Virus record (IMG/VR): IMGVR_UViG_3300042294_003065
Coordinates: 1-59,931 of that record
DNA: 59,931 nucleotides
Reading direction: 5' to 3' (one strand)
Origin: a virus
Lineage: Duplodnaviria > Caudoviricetes
The stretch's first letter is position 1. Every line of letters begins with the position of its first letter. The position numbers and the translations under genes were made by a program. The notes beneath the pieces were generated by a model. It was given only the letters and a program-made list of their open reading frames with translations, ran no database searches and had not been told where the DNA came from. Shown here piece after piece: positions 9,290 to 17,486 of the stretch.

Positions 9290-9447
9290 GTGCTTGGCGG
9301 GTACGTGCTGGTATCCCCAAACAGCTTTACCCCTTGGCGCTTCAACGCCCTGATGGCCCTCCAGCGCTCCCTGCGGTTCCTCATCTTGGCGAACCTGGGG
9401 TGCAGCGCGATGTGCTGGTATTTGACTGTGGCTTCCAAGTAGCTCAT
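9286..9447 (-). CDS. Small basic hypothetical protein
   Basis: MSYLEATVKYQH...; ATGA overlaps on both sides. Confidence 0.5.
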   Translation of the reverse strand: MSYLEATVKYQHIALHPRFAKMRNRRERWRAIRALKRQGVKLFGDTSTYPPST

Positions 9448-9701
9448 TCGATGATGTCGAAGAAGCTGAAGGTGGCAGTGTGGCGTGCTGGTGATCCAAT
9501 TTGTCTCCACTCTTGCGTCTTGGAGTGGAGCGTGGCGGTCACTCTTTGCTCGTTGAGGCTCATCATGCTGCTGCCGCATTGCAGCTCATTAAACTCCTCT
9601 GGTGTGACCTCGATGGCCTGCTTCTGGTAAGCCCTTGGGAATTGATCCTGGCAGAATCTCGCAACGAGCCTGGGCCTGATGCTCTCTGGTATGGCCTTCA
9701 T
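9444..9701 (-). CDS. Hypothetical protein
   Basis: MKAIPES...; ATGA overlap with the upstream gene. Confidence 0.5.
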   Translation of the reverse strand: MKAIPESIRPRLVARFCQDQFPRAYQKQAIEVTPEEFNELQCGSSMMSLNEQRVTATLHSKTQEWRQIGSPARHTATFSFFDIIE

Positions 9702-10042
9702 CCCCTTGTGAAGAACGATGGTGTGCCCTCGCCCATCCATGCTCCGATCATGTTGAAGTTGAAGTATTCGATTGCGTCCTCCTCGGCCTGCTCCCTGACT
9801 GCTTTGTTTCTCGCTACTCCCTTCGGCACCATCTCGAAGGCCAGCTTCGCGATCACCTTCTCCTTGTCGTAGAGAATAGTGGCCTTGTTGAACTGCGTGG
9901 TCACGCCCATGATGCAGTCGTCGTAGCCGTCCATGGTGAGCATGTCGCCATAGCGCTCATTGATCATTCCAAACCATGCTTCTGTGCCTGGGGTCTCTGC
10001 CTCCTCGGTGAATACCTCTACGAGTGTCTTGCGCTTCTTCAT
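9698..10042 (-). CDS. Conserved hypothetical phage protein
   Basis: DGYDDCIMG...YDKEKVI...EEDAIEYFNFNMIGAWMGEGTP is a pattern I recognise from widespread phage hypotheticals. Confidence 0.75.
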   Translation of the reverse strand: MKKRKTLVEVFTEEAETPGTEAWFGMINERYGDMLTMDGYDDCIMGVTTQFNKATILYDKEKVIAKLAFEMVPKGVARNKAVREQAEEDAIEYFNFNMIGAWMGEGTPSFFTRG

Positions 10043-10347
10043 GGGAGCTTGGCGGCGAGGGCGAGGGCGGATTCACGCATCCGCGTGGCTTCTTGCAGAT
10101 CCGGCGTTGCGCTCCTCACGTATTGCTCCAGCGCCTTCCGCGCCTCGCGCTCGGCGTCCCGCTCGGCGGTGAGCCTCTCCAGCGCATTTTTGGTCACACG
10201 CAGGACTTCCTGTGTGACGCCCTGCTCGGCGGTGACAGCGGTGAGTTCACGCTCTAGCTGAACGCAGAGGTCGATTGGCTTCTCAGCGCATGCGCAGCGT
10301 AGTCCGTTAGCTTCGAGCATCGTGGCTGTTCTTGGTGCGGCGGTCAT
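10039..10347 (-). CDS. Hypothetical coiled-coil protein
   Basis: PRT...QLERELT pattern typical of small phage accessory proteins. Confidence 0.6.
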   Translation of the reverse strand: MTAAPRTATMLEANGLRCACAEKPIDLCVQLERELTAVTAEQGVTQEVLRVTKNALERLTAERDAEREARKALEQYVRSATPDLQEATRMRESALALAAKLP

Positions 10348-10493
10348 TTCAGGTAGTGCTCAGCCACGAGATACCAGGCCCACGGAGGGAAAATGCAGCC
10401 GGCTGTTGACCAGAAGCCCTTCGCAAGGGCGATGCCCATGATCCATGGGACGACAACGATGGACAGCGCAAGTGCGTCGCTGAGAGATTTCAC
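10344..10493 (-). CDS. Small membrane protein
   Basis: GTG start; KSLSDALALSIVVVPWIMGIALAKGFWSTAGCIFPPWAWYLVAEHYLK; overlaps both neighbours. Confidence 0.6.
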   Translation of the reverse strand: MKSLSDALALSIVVVPWIMGIALAKGFWSTAGCIFPPWAWYLVAEHYLK

Positions 10494-11209
10494 TTCTTCG
10501 CCTTCCTCTTGGCGGCCGGCTTCCTGGTCTTCTTCTTGGGCTTGCGTGGTGCCTCCGTGAGGGCCTTATGGATGTCCACAGCCAATTTGAGCTGTTCGGC
10601 GAGCATCTTGCGCTCGTCGGCCGGCTTCTTCCGTAGAGCGTCCAGTCCGCCAGCCCGGCGCAGCCACACTTCCACGCTCATGGAAATGCCGTGCAGGGAG
10701 AGTGTGCCGTGGTTCTCCTGCCTGGCCTGGGTCTCGGTGATGACCTCGCCGTGCTGGATGCTGACCTTGAGCTGGCCCGCGGTGAGGTTCTGCTCGCTGG
10801 CGATCTTGCTCCACTTGGCCATATCGCGCTTCTTGAGGCCGCTGCGCGAAAGAGCAATGTAATGCTCGGCCTTGAGGTTGTCGTGCCGGATGTCTTCGGG
10901 GATGCTGGCGATCTCCACGGCCTTCTTGGCATCGTCGAGGTCGAACTCCAGTTGGGCCATGCAGGCATTGATGCGCTCTGCTCCGAACTTCAGTTGGCCG
11001 AATGCGACGTACTGGGAGTAGTAGAGCTTCAAGTCGCTGTTGAGCTTCTTGAAGAGCGCCATTCCGCTGACGTATTCGCTCCATTCGAGGTCGTCGTTGA
11101 TGATGAGCTTCCGCCCGTCGATGCGGAAGTATTGCGAGGGCGCAGCACCATCAGAGGAGATGGAGATGCTGAGGTCGGTGGGGATGGTTGTGTCGGTGTC
11201 GGTGTGCAT
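10490..11209 (-). CDS. Hypothetical protein, possibly DNA-binding, with a Lys-rich tail
   Basis: Helical protein ending KPKKKTRKPAAKRKAKK. Confidence 0.65.
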   Translation of the reverse strand: MHTDTDTTIPTDLSISISSDGAAPSQYFRIDGRKLIINDDLEWSEYVSGMALFKKLNSDLKLYYSQYVAFGQLKFGAERINACMAQLEFDLDDAKKAVEIASIPEDIRHDNLKAEHYIALSRSGLKKRDMAKWSKIASEQNLTAGQLKVSIQHGEVITETQARQENHGTLSLHGISMSVEVWLRRAGGLDALRKKPADERKMLAEQLKLAVDIHKALTEAPRKPKKKTRKPAAKRKAKK

Positions 11210-11226
11210 GGGTTGTTGGTGTTGAG

Positions 11227-11562
11227 TTAGGTGTGAGATTTGAGATTCTGCGTGCGCTCCCACTCTAGGGCTGCATTCCAGCATTTGAAGAAATCGTCTC
11301 CTGCCATGGAGCGAAAGGAAAAGGAGCAGCCTGAGACCTTCTTCCATGCCTCGTAGGCGGCGCGGTCGGCTGTGGTGTCCCATGTTGGAGGCGGCTCCGC
11401 CTGCATTGTCGCCAACGGCGGAATCATGCTCTCGAAGAGGGCGCGGGAGGCTGCCTCAGTGCTGGTTACTGGCATCAGGCGATCGTCCTCCATTCGCGCC
11501 TCGGCCGACTTCTCCTCGATCTTCCCGTTGATTTCGATTCTGCGTGTTACTTTGATGGTCAT
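11227..11562 (-). CDS. Hypothetical protein
   Basis: ORF with an A/C-rich leader. Confidence 0.55.
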   Translation of the reverse strand: MTIKVTRRIEINGKIEEKSAEARMEDDRLMPVTSTEAASRALFESMIPPLATMQAEPPPTWDTTADRAAYEAWKKVSGCSFSFRSMAGDDFFKCWNAALEWERTQNLKSHT

Positions 11563-11589
11563 TGGTGTGGGCGTGAGCTGCTGAAAACT

Positions 11590-12246
11590 TCAGGCTTTGA
11601 CTTTGGCATGCCGCCAATGGGGTCGCAAGCGATATTTGGCCTTGGCCTCCTCGCTCTTCTTCTCGTTGGCCGGCACTGGCAGCCCGAGCCACTCGCACGC
11701 CTGATCCCTTGCCTGCTTCATCCATTCCGGGGAGACGCCACAGATCTTTGCTGACTCACGCAGGCTGCGGATATTCGAGCTTTGGGGGAGGCCGGGGATG
11801 CTGTGCATGACCCCGTGGATTCTCGCTCTGGCGTTCCCCTTTGGACACATTATCAGCCATGAGACCACTCGGATGATTGCCCCGGCCTGCGTGCGATACG
11901 ACTCCATCTTCATCGGCTCCTCCAGGCTCGCCACGATCTCCCGAACCAGCGACTCATTTCCATGTCGCTCGATCAGCTTTTCCACGGTGCTGTCGATCTG
12001 CTCGGCGAAATCCGGGGTGTGAGACACCGTATCGCGAGCCTCGTCAAAGGCCATGGCGACCCCTGTGCGGCGTTCTGGATCAGCTTCAATGCCAAGGGAG
12101 CCGGCGGACCTTTTGAACGATTCTGGGGCATCCTGCCACGCCTTCCGATATTCCGAGTCCCGGCGGTCCTGCATCAAAATCTCCCCGCGGTTCCCCAGCT
12201 CATATGATTCGGTGGGGTTGCCATGCGGAGAGTTGGGGTGGTGCAT
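11590..12246 (-). CDS. Putative transcription regulator with a C-terminal HTH
   Basis: SLRESAKICGVSPEWMKQ HTH-like segment. Confidence 0.55.
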   Translation of the reverse strand: MHHPNSPHGNPTESYELGNRGEILMQDRRDSEYRKAWQDAPESFKRSAGSLGIEADPERRTGVAMAFDEARDTVSHTPDFAEQIDSTVEKLIERHGNESLVREIVASLEEPMKMESYRTQAGAIIRVVSWLIMCPKGNARARIHGVMHSIPGLPQSSNIRSLRESAKICGVSPEWMKQARDQACEWLGLPVPANEKKSEEAKAKYRLRPHWRHAKVKA

Positions 12247-12278
12247 GGGCTGATGGATACTCTGCGACCAGTTCAGTG

Positions 12279-12443
12279 TCAAGCCGCAACAAGCTCCCGA
12301 TCACGCATCATCTTGGTGAGGAACTGCTCCAGCTTCCGCATCTCCTCCTGCTCCTTCTCCTCGCGCTCCAGGCGCAGGGCGAAGTCCGCAGCGCTTTCGA
12401 TGGCGCTTTTTGCCTCCGGCTGCTGTGGGCGTAAGCTCTGCAT
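12279..12443 (-). CDS. Small hypothetical protein
   Basis: MQSLRPQQPEAKSAIES...RELVAA; preceded by TTGACA-17 nt-CACAAT. Confidence 0.5.
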   Translation of the reverse strand: MQSLRPQQPEAKSAIESAADFALRLEREEKEQEEMRKLEQFLTKMMRDRELVAA

Positions 12444-12451
12444 TTGTGCGG

Positions 12452-12503
12452 ATTGTGGATTGGGTTCTGTGTGCTGTCAAGGGTTTGGACTGCAAATTTG
12501 CAG
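12452..12503 (-). promoter_or_regulatory. Sigma70-like promoter (TTGACA 12480-12475, 17 nt, CACAAT) with a palindrome copy at 12490-12503 just upstream
   Basis: Read directly from the minus strand. Confidence 0.5.
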
Positions 12504-12896
12504 CTCAGGCGTGGTGGCGTCGAGGGTTTCGCCTGCCGTGTCGGCGATGTGGTTCAGCGCAATGGTTTCGTCGCTGTCGGAGTTTGCGCGAGCGTTGGTT
12601 TCCGCGCAGCCGGCGATGTTTTCGAGCGCCTCGCGGCACTTGGCGAGCTTGGCGAGGGCGGCATCGCGTTCGGCGGCTATTATATCCCTGTCCTCATACA
12701 TACCGCGTGCGGCAAAAAGCTGTCCGGCGATCAGGTCTTTGTCGGCTTTGAGCGCGTCCCTTTCCTCCCTCGCCTCGTCGCGTTCGTTTTCGAGCTTGCG
12801 GGCGAGGTGGCGCAGTATGACGAATCCATCAGCATACGCCATCGGGCGCGGTAACACCGCTGCCTCATCGGTCTCAGGCGTAGCGCGGGTGCTCAT
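12477..12896 (-). CDS. Hypothetical coiled-coil protein
   Basis: TPETD...ARKLENERDEAR pattern. Confidence 0.6.
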   Translation of the reverse strand: MSTRATPETDEAAVLPRPMAYADGFVILRHLARKLENERDEAREERDALKADKDLIAGQLFAARGMYEDRDIIAAERDAALAKLAKCREALENIAGCAETNARANSDSDETIALNHIADTAGETLDATTPELQICSPNP

Positions 12897-13267
12897 AACG
12901 AGTCCTCCGGCCATGCGGCGAGGATCATGGCGGCTCGCCTATGTGCGTATCGAGACAGCGGAGTTTCGATTTCTGGCCTACCAAGCAATGGCAGCAGCCC
13001 TTCTATTTCGTCTGCGGTCGATAGCCATGCCCGCTCCGCGTCGCCGGCACAGGCGGCGATGTAGGCGGCGTTGCATTTCGGGTGCGGTGCCCCATGCGTT
13101 TCCTCTACAAGAAACCACGGCTCATCCTCGTCGGTATGAACCACTTGCATTCGCTCATCACCATAATCCTGTGAAAAAACCCACCGCCCCGGCGTCCGCT
13201 TCTCCGCGAGCGCGAGGTTGGCGCGGCACTTGGCTTTGATGTTTTCGAGGTGTTCGGTGGTGGTCAT
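12893..13267 (-). CDS. Ead/Ea22-like accessory protein
   Basis: LAEKRTPGRW...NAAYIAAC motif. Confidence 0.6.
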   Translation of the reverse strand: MTTTEHLENIKAKCRANLALAEKRTPGRWVFSQDYGDERMQVVHTDEDEPWFLVEETHGAPHPKCNAAYIAACAGDAERAWLSTADEIEGLLPLLGRPEIETPLSRYAHRRAAMILAAWPEDSL

Positions 13268-13289
13268 TTCGGGGAGGTCAAGGGTGGGT

Positions 13290-13658
13290 TTATTTTGTTG
13301 CTGGGTCAAAAAGTTGCTCCCCAGTGTCGCTGAACACGCGGTTCGCCGGGCGACCGCATCGCGCACAGTGGAAGTCGGTGAGGCTCGGCTGGATGCGTAG
13401 CGGGCCATAACGCCACCGTGCTCCGCAACACGCGGTTTGGGATTCGGGCTTCCGGGCCGCCCGCTGAGGCCGGTGGTCAATGCCTTGTTTCGCCGCGGAC
13501 ACCAGGACGGCGAGATCGTCGCCCGAAAGCCCGCGGTCAATTTCGTCGGGGCTGGCAATCAGCACAAGATACCTCCCGGCTTGCCAGCCCTCGCGGGATT
13601 CCCCGGCTTGGGCGTCCAGAATGGTGATTTTAGAGTCTCGATATGTTTCGGTTTGCAT
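13290..13658 (-). CDS. Hypothetical protein with a C-terminal Cys cluster
   Basis: ACCG...CARC. Confidence 0.5.
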   Translation of the reverse strand: MQTETYRDSKITILDAQAGESREGWQAGRYLVLIASPDEIDRGLSGDDLAVLVSAAKQGIDHRPQRAARKPESQTACCGARWRYGPLRIQPSLTDFHCARCGRPANRVFSDTGEQLFDPATK

Positions 13659-13710
13659 TTGGTGTGGGTGTGAGCGACGCCATCCAAGCTCATGATCACA
13701 TTTGGCGCAA

Positions 13711-13724
13711 CTGCAAATTTGCAG
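13711..13724. promoter_or_regulatory. Palindrome CTGCAAATTTGCAG
   Basis: Intergenic; TTGCGC hexamers point away from it on both strands. Confidence 0.7.
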
Positions 13725-14128
13725 TCCTGGAAGAAAGTTCTTGCGCTCGTTCTGATTCTCGCTTCAATCGCTCCGTCCGCAGACTACTAGCTGCACGACG
13801 AGACTTTTTTAAGAACCGGGGCCGCTCTATCAGGCGACCCCATCGAAAGCCCGGTCGAGCGTCTAGTAGCGCCGATCGGGTTTTCCCTTTCTGGCATGCG
13901 GGCCTGCGGAGCGCACAAAGATGCGCCTTACGGACATCGCTACAGGCGGGCCGTCGTATGAAGGCACGCATTGCACACCCGCGATACCGGCCTTGGATGC
14001 AAGGTAAAACCACGCCCTCTCTGCGGAGGTGGCGTAGTTTTACTTTTCTTCCTTCTCTCTGTACTCTTCTTGGGGGGACTTGTCCCATCTCTGGTTCCTT
14101 CGTTTCCTTTTGGGTGATGGTCACTGAG

Positions 14129-14142
14129 CTGCAAATTTGCAG
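14129..14142. promoter_or_regulatory. Palindrome CTGCAAATTTGCAG
   Basis: Read directly from the sequence. Confidence 0.7.
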
Positions 14143-14218
14143 TCCGAAGGGAGCAGGGATGTATGACGGTCAACGCGAACCGACCGGCCCTTGCGGCCAC
14201 CGGCATCCCTGCTCCAGA

Positions 14219-14413
14219 TCAGCCCTTGGACACTGCGTAGCGGGCCATGTCCTCAAGGTATCGGCGGATCTCGGATGCCCTGGCCCTCTCATCAGGCGTG
14301 ACCTGGGCCTCCTCGTGGCGTCTCCATGCCTCGGCCTGCTGCTGGAAGGACTCAAAGTGGGTGCGCTTGATGTCCGCGATGGTGCGCTTGGGGTCGGGCG
14401 CGGCAATCAGCAT
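14219..14413 (-). CDS. Small hypothetical protein
   Basis: Follows the endolysin with a short overlap. Confidence 0.45.
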   Translation of the reverse strand: MLIAAPDPKRTIADIKRTHFESFQQQAEAWRRHEEAQVTPDERARASEIRRYLEDMARYAVSKG

Positions 14414-15081
14414 ATCTTCCCTTTCTCCGCGATGCGAAGCGGGCAACTGAACCCCCAGTTGTTTGCCTTCATCTGCTCAAGGAAAAACTTGGGACGAAAG
14501 ACGCAGGTGCCGAGCGGCCCGGCGCTGCGCTTAAACCACGCCATCCGCTGCGTGCAATAGGAGCGCATCCATATCTGCTCATTCCCGCCATTGCGCGGAG
14601 TTGGTTCGCTAAACTTGTCTCGCAGATGTGGGCTCATCCTGCCGGAGTGCAGGAACGAATCCACGGCTATCGCATAAGACAGCGGCAGCGTGAAGCCCTC
14701 GCGCTCGGCCCATGCGATAGCTGGCCCAAGGTAGGCGTCCTTGAAAACCTTGTCCTGTGCGCGCTTCATGGGGCTCTCTGCTCCGGCCTTGGACAGCGCG
14801 CTGCAAAAGGCTTGGTCGGCGGCGAGTGCTCCTTTGCCGACTTGTCCGCGCTTCGATTTCAATTCCGCGCTGGTGCCTCCGTTGGCGAAGTAGGCGTCGA
14901 GAACTTTGCCTAGATTCCCGCCGTCCTCAGTGAACCCCATGCCTAGCGTGACTTGCCGCCTGCCGCCGTTGCCATCCTTGTAGCGATAGACAGCGCGGTA
15001 GTCCACTTCGGGCGAGCCGCTGTCATTCTCGCACAAACACAGGAAGCGAGTGAACAGCCGGATGTGCTCGTCAGTTATCAT
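14407..15081 (-). CDS. Endolysin, GH46 chitosanase-like lysozyme fold
   Basis: Catalytic-type Glu (LCENDS), YKDG...RQVTLGMGFTEDGGNL, AQDKVFKDAYLGPA, LPLSYAIAVDSFLHSG; sits in the lysis cassette. Confidence 0.8.
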   Translation of the reverse strand: MITDEHIRLFTRFLCLCENDSGSPEVDYRAVYRYKDGNGGRRQVTLGMGFTEDGGNLGKVLDAYFANGGTSAELKSKRGQVGKGALAADQAFCSALSKAGAESPMKRAQDKVFKDAYLGPAIAWAEREGFTLPLSYAIAVDSFLHSGRMSPHLRDKFSEPTPRNGGNEQIWMRSYCTQRMAWFKRSAGPLGTCVFRPKFFLEQMKANNWGFSCPLRIAEKGKIC

Positions 15082-15490
15082 TGTCGGCGATGGGTGTCCA
15101 AGGTCTGCGCGCTGGCGCTCCGGGCGCTCCCTCGTCAATGATGCGCTCGATGCGCTCTGTCTTGATGTGTTCTTCCCGCTTTTCAAGCAGCCCTTGTCCC
15201 GCCGCCGCCAGCGTCCCAACAAATGAACCCGCCGCCTTGTAGGATGTTTCCACGTTGAGATATTTGCTCACAGCGACCCCAATAAGCGCCATCACGCTCG
15301 CGAACATCCCTCCATAAACGTATGCCTGATGATCTCCGAGAACGTAAAGGTGATTGACTCCGCGTTCCAAACACAGCCATGAGACTACGACTGCTACGAG
15401 CATTGACCATAACTTGCGCGAAGTGAGTCGCGTTCGGAGTGGCAGCGGCGAATCGGGTCGCTCTTTGGAGTTAGTGGTTTGCTCGCTCAT
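15071..15490 (-). CDS. Putative holin
   Basis: SRKLW followed by two hydrophobic segments and a charged C-terminus; adjacent to the endolysin. Confidence 0.6.
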   Translation of the reverse strand: MSEQTTNSKERPDSPLPLRTRLTSRKLWSMLVAVVVSWLCLERGVNHLYVLGDHQAYVYGGMFASVMALIGVAVSKYLNVETSYKAAGSFVGTLAAAGQGLLEKREEHIKTERIERIIDEGAPGAPARRPWTPIADNDN

Positions 15491-16110
15491 CGGAAAAGTA
15501 GCCCGATAAACGGGACGGTTTTCAGGTAGTTCTTGAATGCAAAAAGCGCAATCACCGCCGCCCACGTTCCAATAGTCAGCAGCCTCCACTTGAGAATTAT
15601 CCCGTCCTGTTTTGCCTCTCGCTCAATCAGGTTGTTCACCTGCTCCATAACTTCGGGCACTAGCCGCTCATTGATCTTCTTAATCCCTGCCTCCGCTTTC
15701 GTGAGTCGCGCAATGCCGCTGTCTTGCTCCGTGTCGGCTTCATCCACTGCCGCCTTCGTTTCCGCGGTCGCTCCTACCGCCGCCGTGATTTCGGTGCTGA
15801 GGCTCTCCACCTTGAGTCGCAACGCCTCCACTTCGGGCTTCAAATCATCCGGCACCTTGAGGGCCAGTTGCTCCACGGCAGGCACGATGATGGTCATCCA
15901 GCGCATCGCCTCAGCCTGCCTCTCCGTCGCCTTCGCGTTGCTCTTTTTGGCGTCCCGTAGCTTCACGCTCGCCGCTGCAAAATGCGCCCTAGCCTCCGTT
16001 ACGTGCTGGGTTACTTCCGCCTGCTTTGCCAGCAACTTGCGCGCATCCACACGCCCACCGCATCCGGTGAGAAGGACGGCGAGCAGTAATGGCAGAACGG
16101 CGAGTTTCAT
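15487..16110 (-). CDS. Putative unimolecular spanin
   Basis: Lipoprotein signal MKLAVLPLLLAVLLTG-C17, long helical body, C-terminal TM segment (LLTIGTWAAVIALFAF). Confidence 0.7.
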   Translation of the reverse strand: MKLAVLPLLLAVLLTGCGGRVDARKLLAKQAEVTQHVTEARAHFAAASVKLRDAKKSNAKATERQAEAMRWMTIIVPAVEQLALKVPDDLKPEVEALRLKVESLSTEITAAVGATAETKAAVDEADTEQDSGIARLTKAEAGIKKINERLVPEVMEQVNNLIEREAKQDGIILKWRLLTIGTWAAVIALFAFKNYLKTVPFIGLLFR

Positions 16111-16415
16111 TTTAACGGATTGGCCTTGTTGCCAATGACTGAATCCACGGCATACACAAGCCTGTCTTGTGTGCGGATGGCCAAGGACTGTGTTTCCGCG
16201 AGCTTTCGCATTTGATCCCGCTGATCTATCATCGCCTGCTCGACCACAGACAGGCGGACATCCTGCTTGGCCTGCACTTCGCGGCTCTGCCCCCAAACAA
16301 ATAGCCCGCCGCACAGCATCGAAAATGCCGTGAGCATGTGGCCGAGATTAACGGTCCCATCAAACTTGGGGCGGCGCTGTTCGTCGCGTTGTTCTTGTTG
16401 TTCGGCTTCGCTCAT
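16107..16415 (-). CDS. Single-TM coiled-coil lysis-cassette protein (holin/antiholin-like)
   Basis: NLGHMLTAFSMLCGGLFVW then a coiled coil. Confidence 0.55.
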   Translation of the reverse strand: MSEAEQQEQRDEQRRPKFDGTVNLGHMLTAFSMLCGGLFVWGQSREVQAKQDVRLSVVEQAMIDQRDQMRKLAETQSLAIRTQDRLVYAVDSVIGNKANPLK

Positions 16416-16426
16416 GGGTCACAGAC

Positions 16427-16816
16427 TCAGTTGATCGTCACAGTGCCATCCGGGTGGCTGGTGGTTGCCGGGATCGTCGCCAGACGCGCCATGATGCGCT
16501 CCTTCAAATCATCCGGTAGCATGGAGAGCAGATACGTCACATGGGCGCGGGAGAGCGCCATGATGCCCGCTGCCTTATCCCCTTGAGCCAAGAACCTATC
16601 CGCCGCCGTGATGGTAATCAGCCCCTCGGTGGATGGCATCTGTTCATCGCGCCATAGGGCGTCGGCGGCAGCAATCCAATCGCTCGTCATCCGTTCGGCG
16701 CTGGCTCGGGCGAGGCGGGTAACGCGGGCGGCGCTCTCGGCAATGAGGGTAGCCGGGGTTTTGAGTGGGCGTGGCTCCCGTTGCTGTGGGATTTCTCGGT
16801 CGAGGATGTTGGGCAT
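16427..16816 (-). CDS. Hypothetical protein (tail fibre-associated)
   Basis: Position after the fibre genes. Confidence 0.55.
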   Translation of the reverse strand: MPNILDREIPQQREPRPLKTPATLIAESAARVTRLARASAERMTSDWIAAADALWRDEQMPSTEGLITITAADRFLAQGDKAAGIMALSRAHVTYLLSMLPDDLKERIMARLATIPATTSHPDGTVTIN

Positions 16817-16828
16817 AGTCGTGTGCGG

Positions 16829-17485
16829 TTAGAAAAGTCCGGTGCTTAGAACGTCGAGGGGTAACTTGGGGGCCGATGCGTGCAGCCATGCAATCGGGAC
16901 CAGAGGCAAAGTCGAACCGCTGACGTAGCCTGCGCTGTAACTCCCTGAGCCGGTAAAAAAGGCATTTCCGCCGACTCCCCCTGCGTTGTAGCTCCCTGCG
17001 CCACTGAACAGGCAGTTGCCAGTGATTATGGTTCCGTCCGTGCGGCTATTCGCACCACTGAATAGGCAATCTCCAGTGATGGCACCGTTGAAAGCGTAAC
17101 TCCCTTCGCCGCTGAATACGCAATCACCAGTGATCTCTCCAAAACTCGCCGAATTGACACCGCTGAATACGACGCAATCGCCGATGATGTCGGCTCCGTT
17201 GTAGGCATCCGACCCAGCAAACAAGGCCGTCTGGACGGTGAGGGTGTAATCTGTTGCGCCGAGGTAAGTCGCCCCGCCGTTGCTAAGGTCAATGAACGCG
17301 AGGATGCTGCGGGGGGCGGATAGATAATTGATGGAGTTCACTGTGCCACCCCCCGGAGGGATGATGGCGACATCGTCTATGTTGTTTGGGAAGCTCGCGG
17401 ATGCGACGGTTAGCGCCTCGTCGTAAAACCAATTCGCACTGTTGTCCCAATAGTCATTTGCTCCGCCTTTCCAAAAATAGGTCAT
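16829..17485 (-). CDS. Beta-solenoid repeat virion or adhesin protein
   Basis: N-terminal YFWKGG...WDNSANW; tandem I.GDC.FSG..S repeats. Confidence 0.65.
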   Translation of the reverse strand: MTYFWKGGANDYWDNSANWFYDEALTVASASFPNNIDDVAIIPPGGGTVNSINYLSAPRSILAFIDLSNGGATYLGATDYTLTVQTALFAGSDAYNGADIIGDCVVFSGVNSASFGEITGDCVFSGEGSYAFNGAITGDCLFSGANSRTDGTIITGNCLFSGAGSYNAGGVGGNAFFTGSGSYSAGYVSGSTLPLVPIAWLHASAPKLPLDVLSTGLF

Positions 17486-17486
17486 G

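Noticed and set aside
13325-13349. GTCGCTGAACACGCGGTTCG resembles the right half of an attC site
   Set aside because: No matching R''/L'' arm found upstream; at most a relic.
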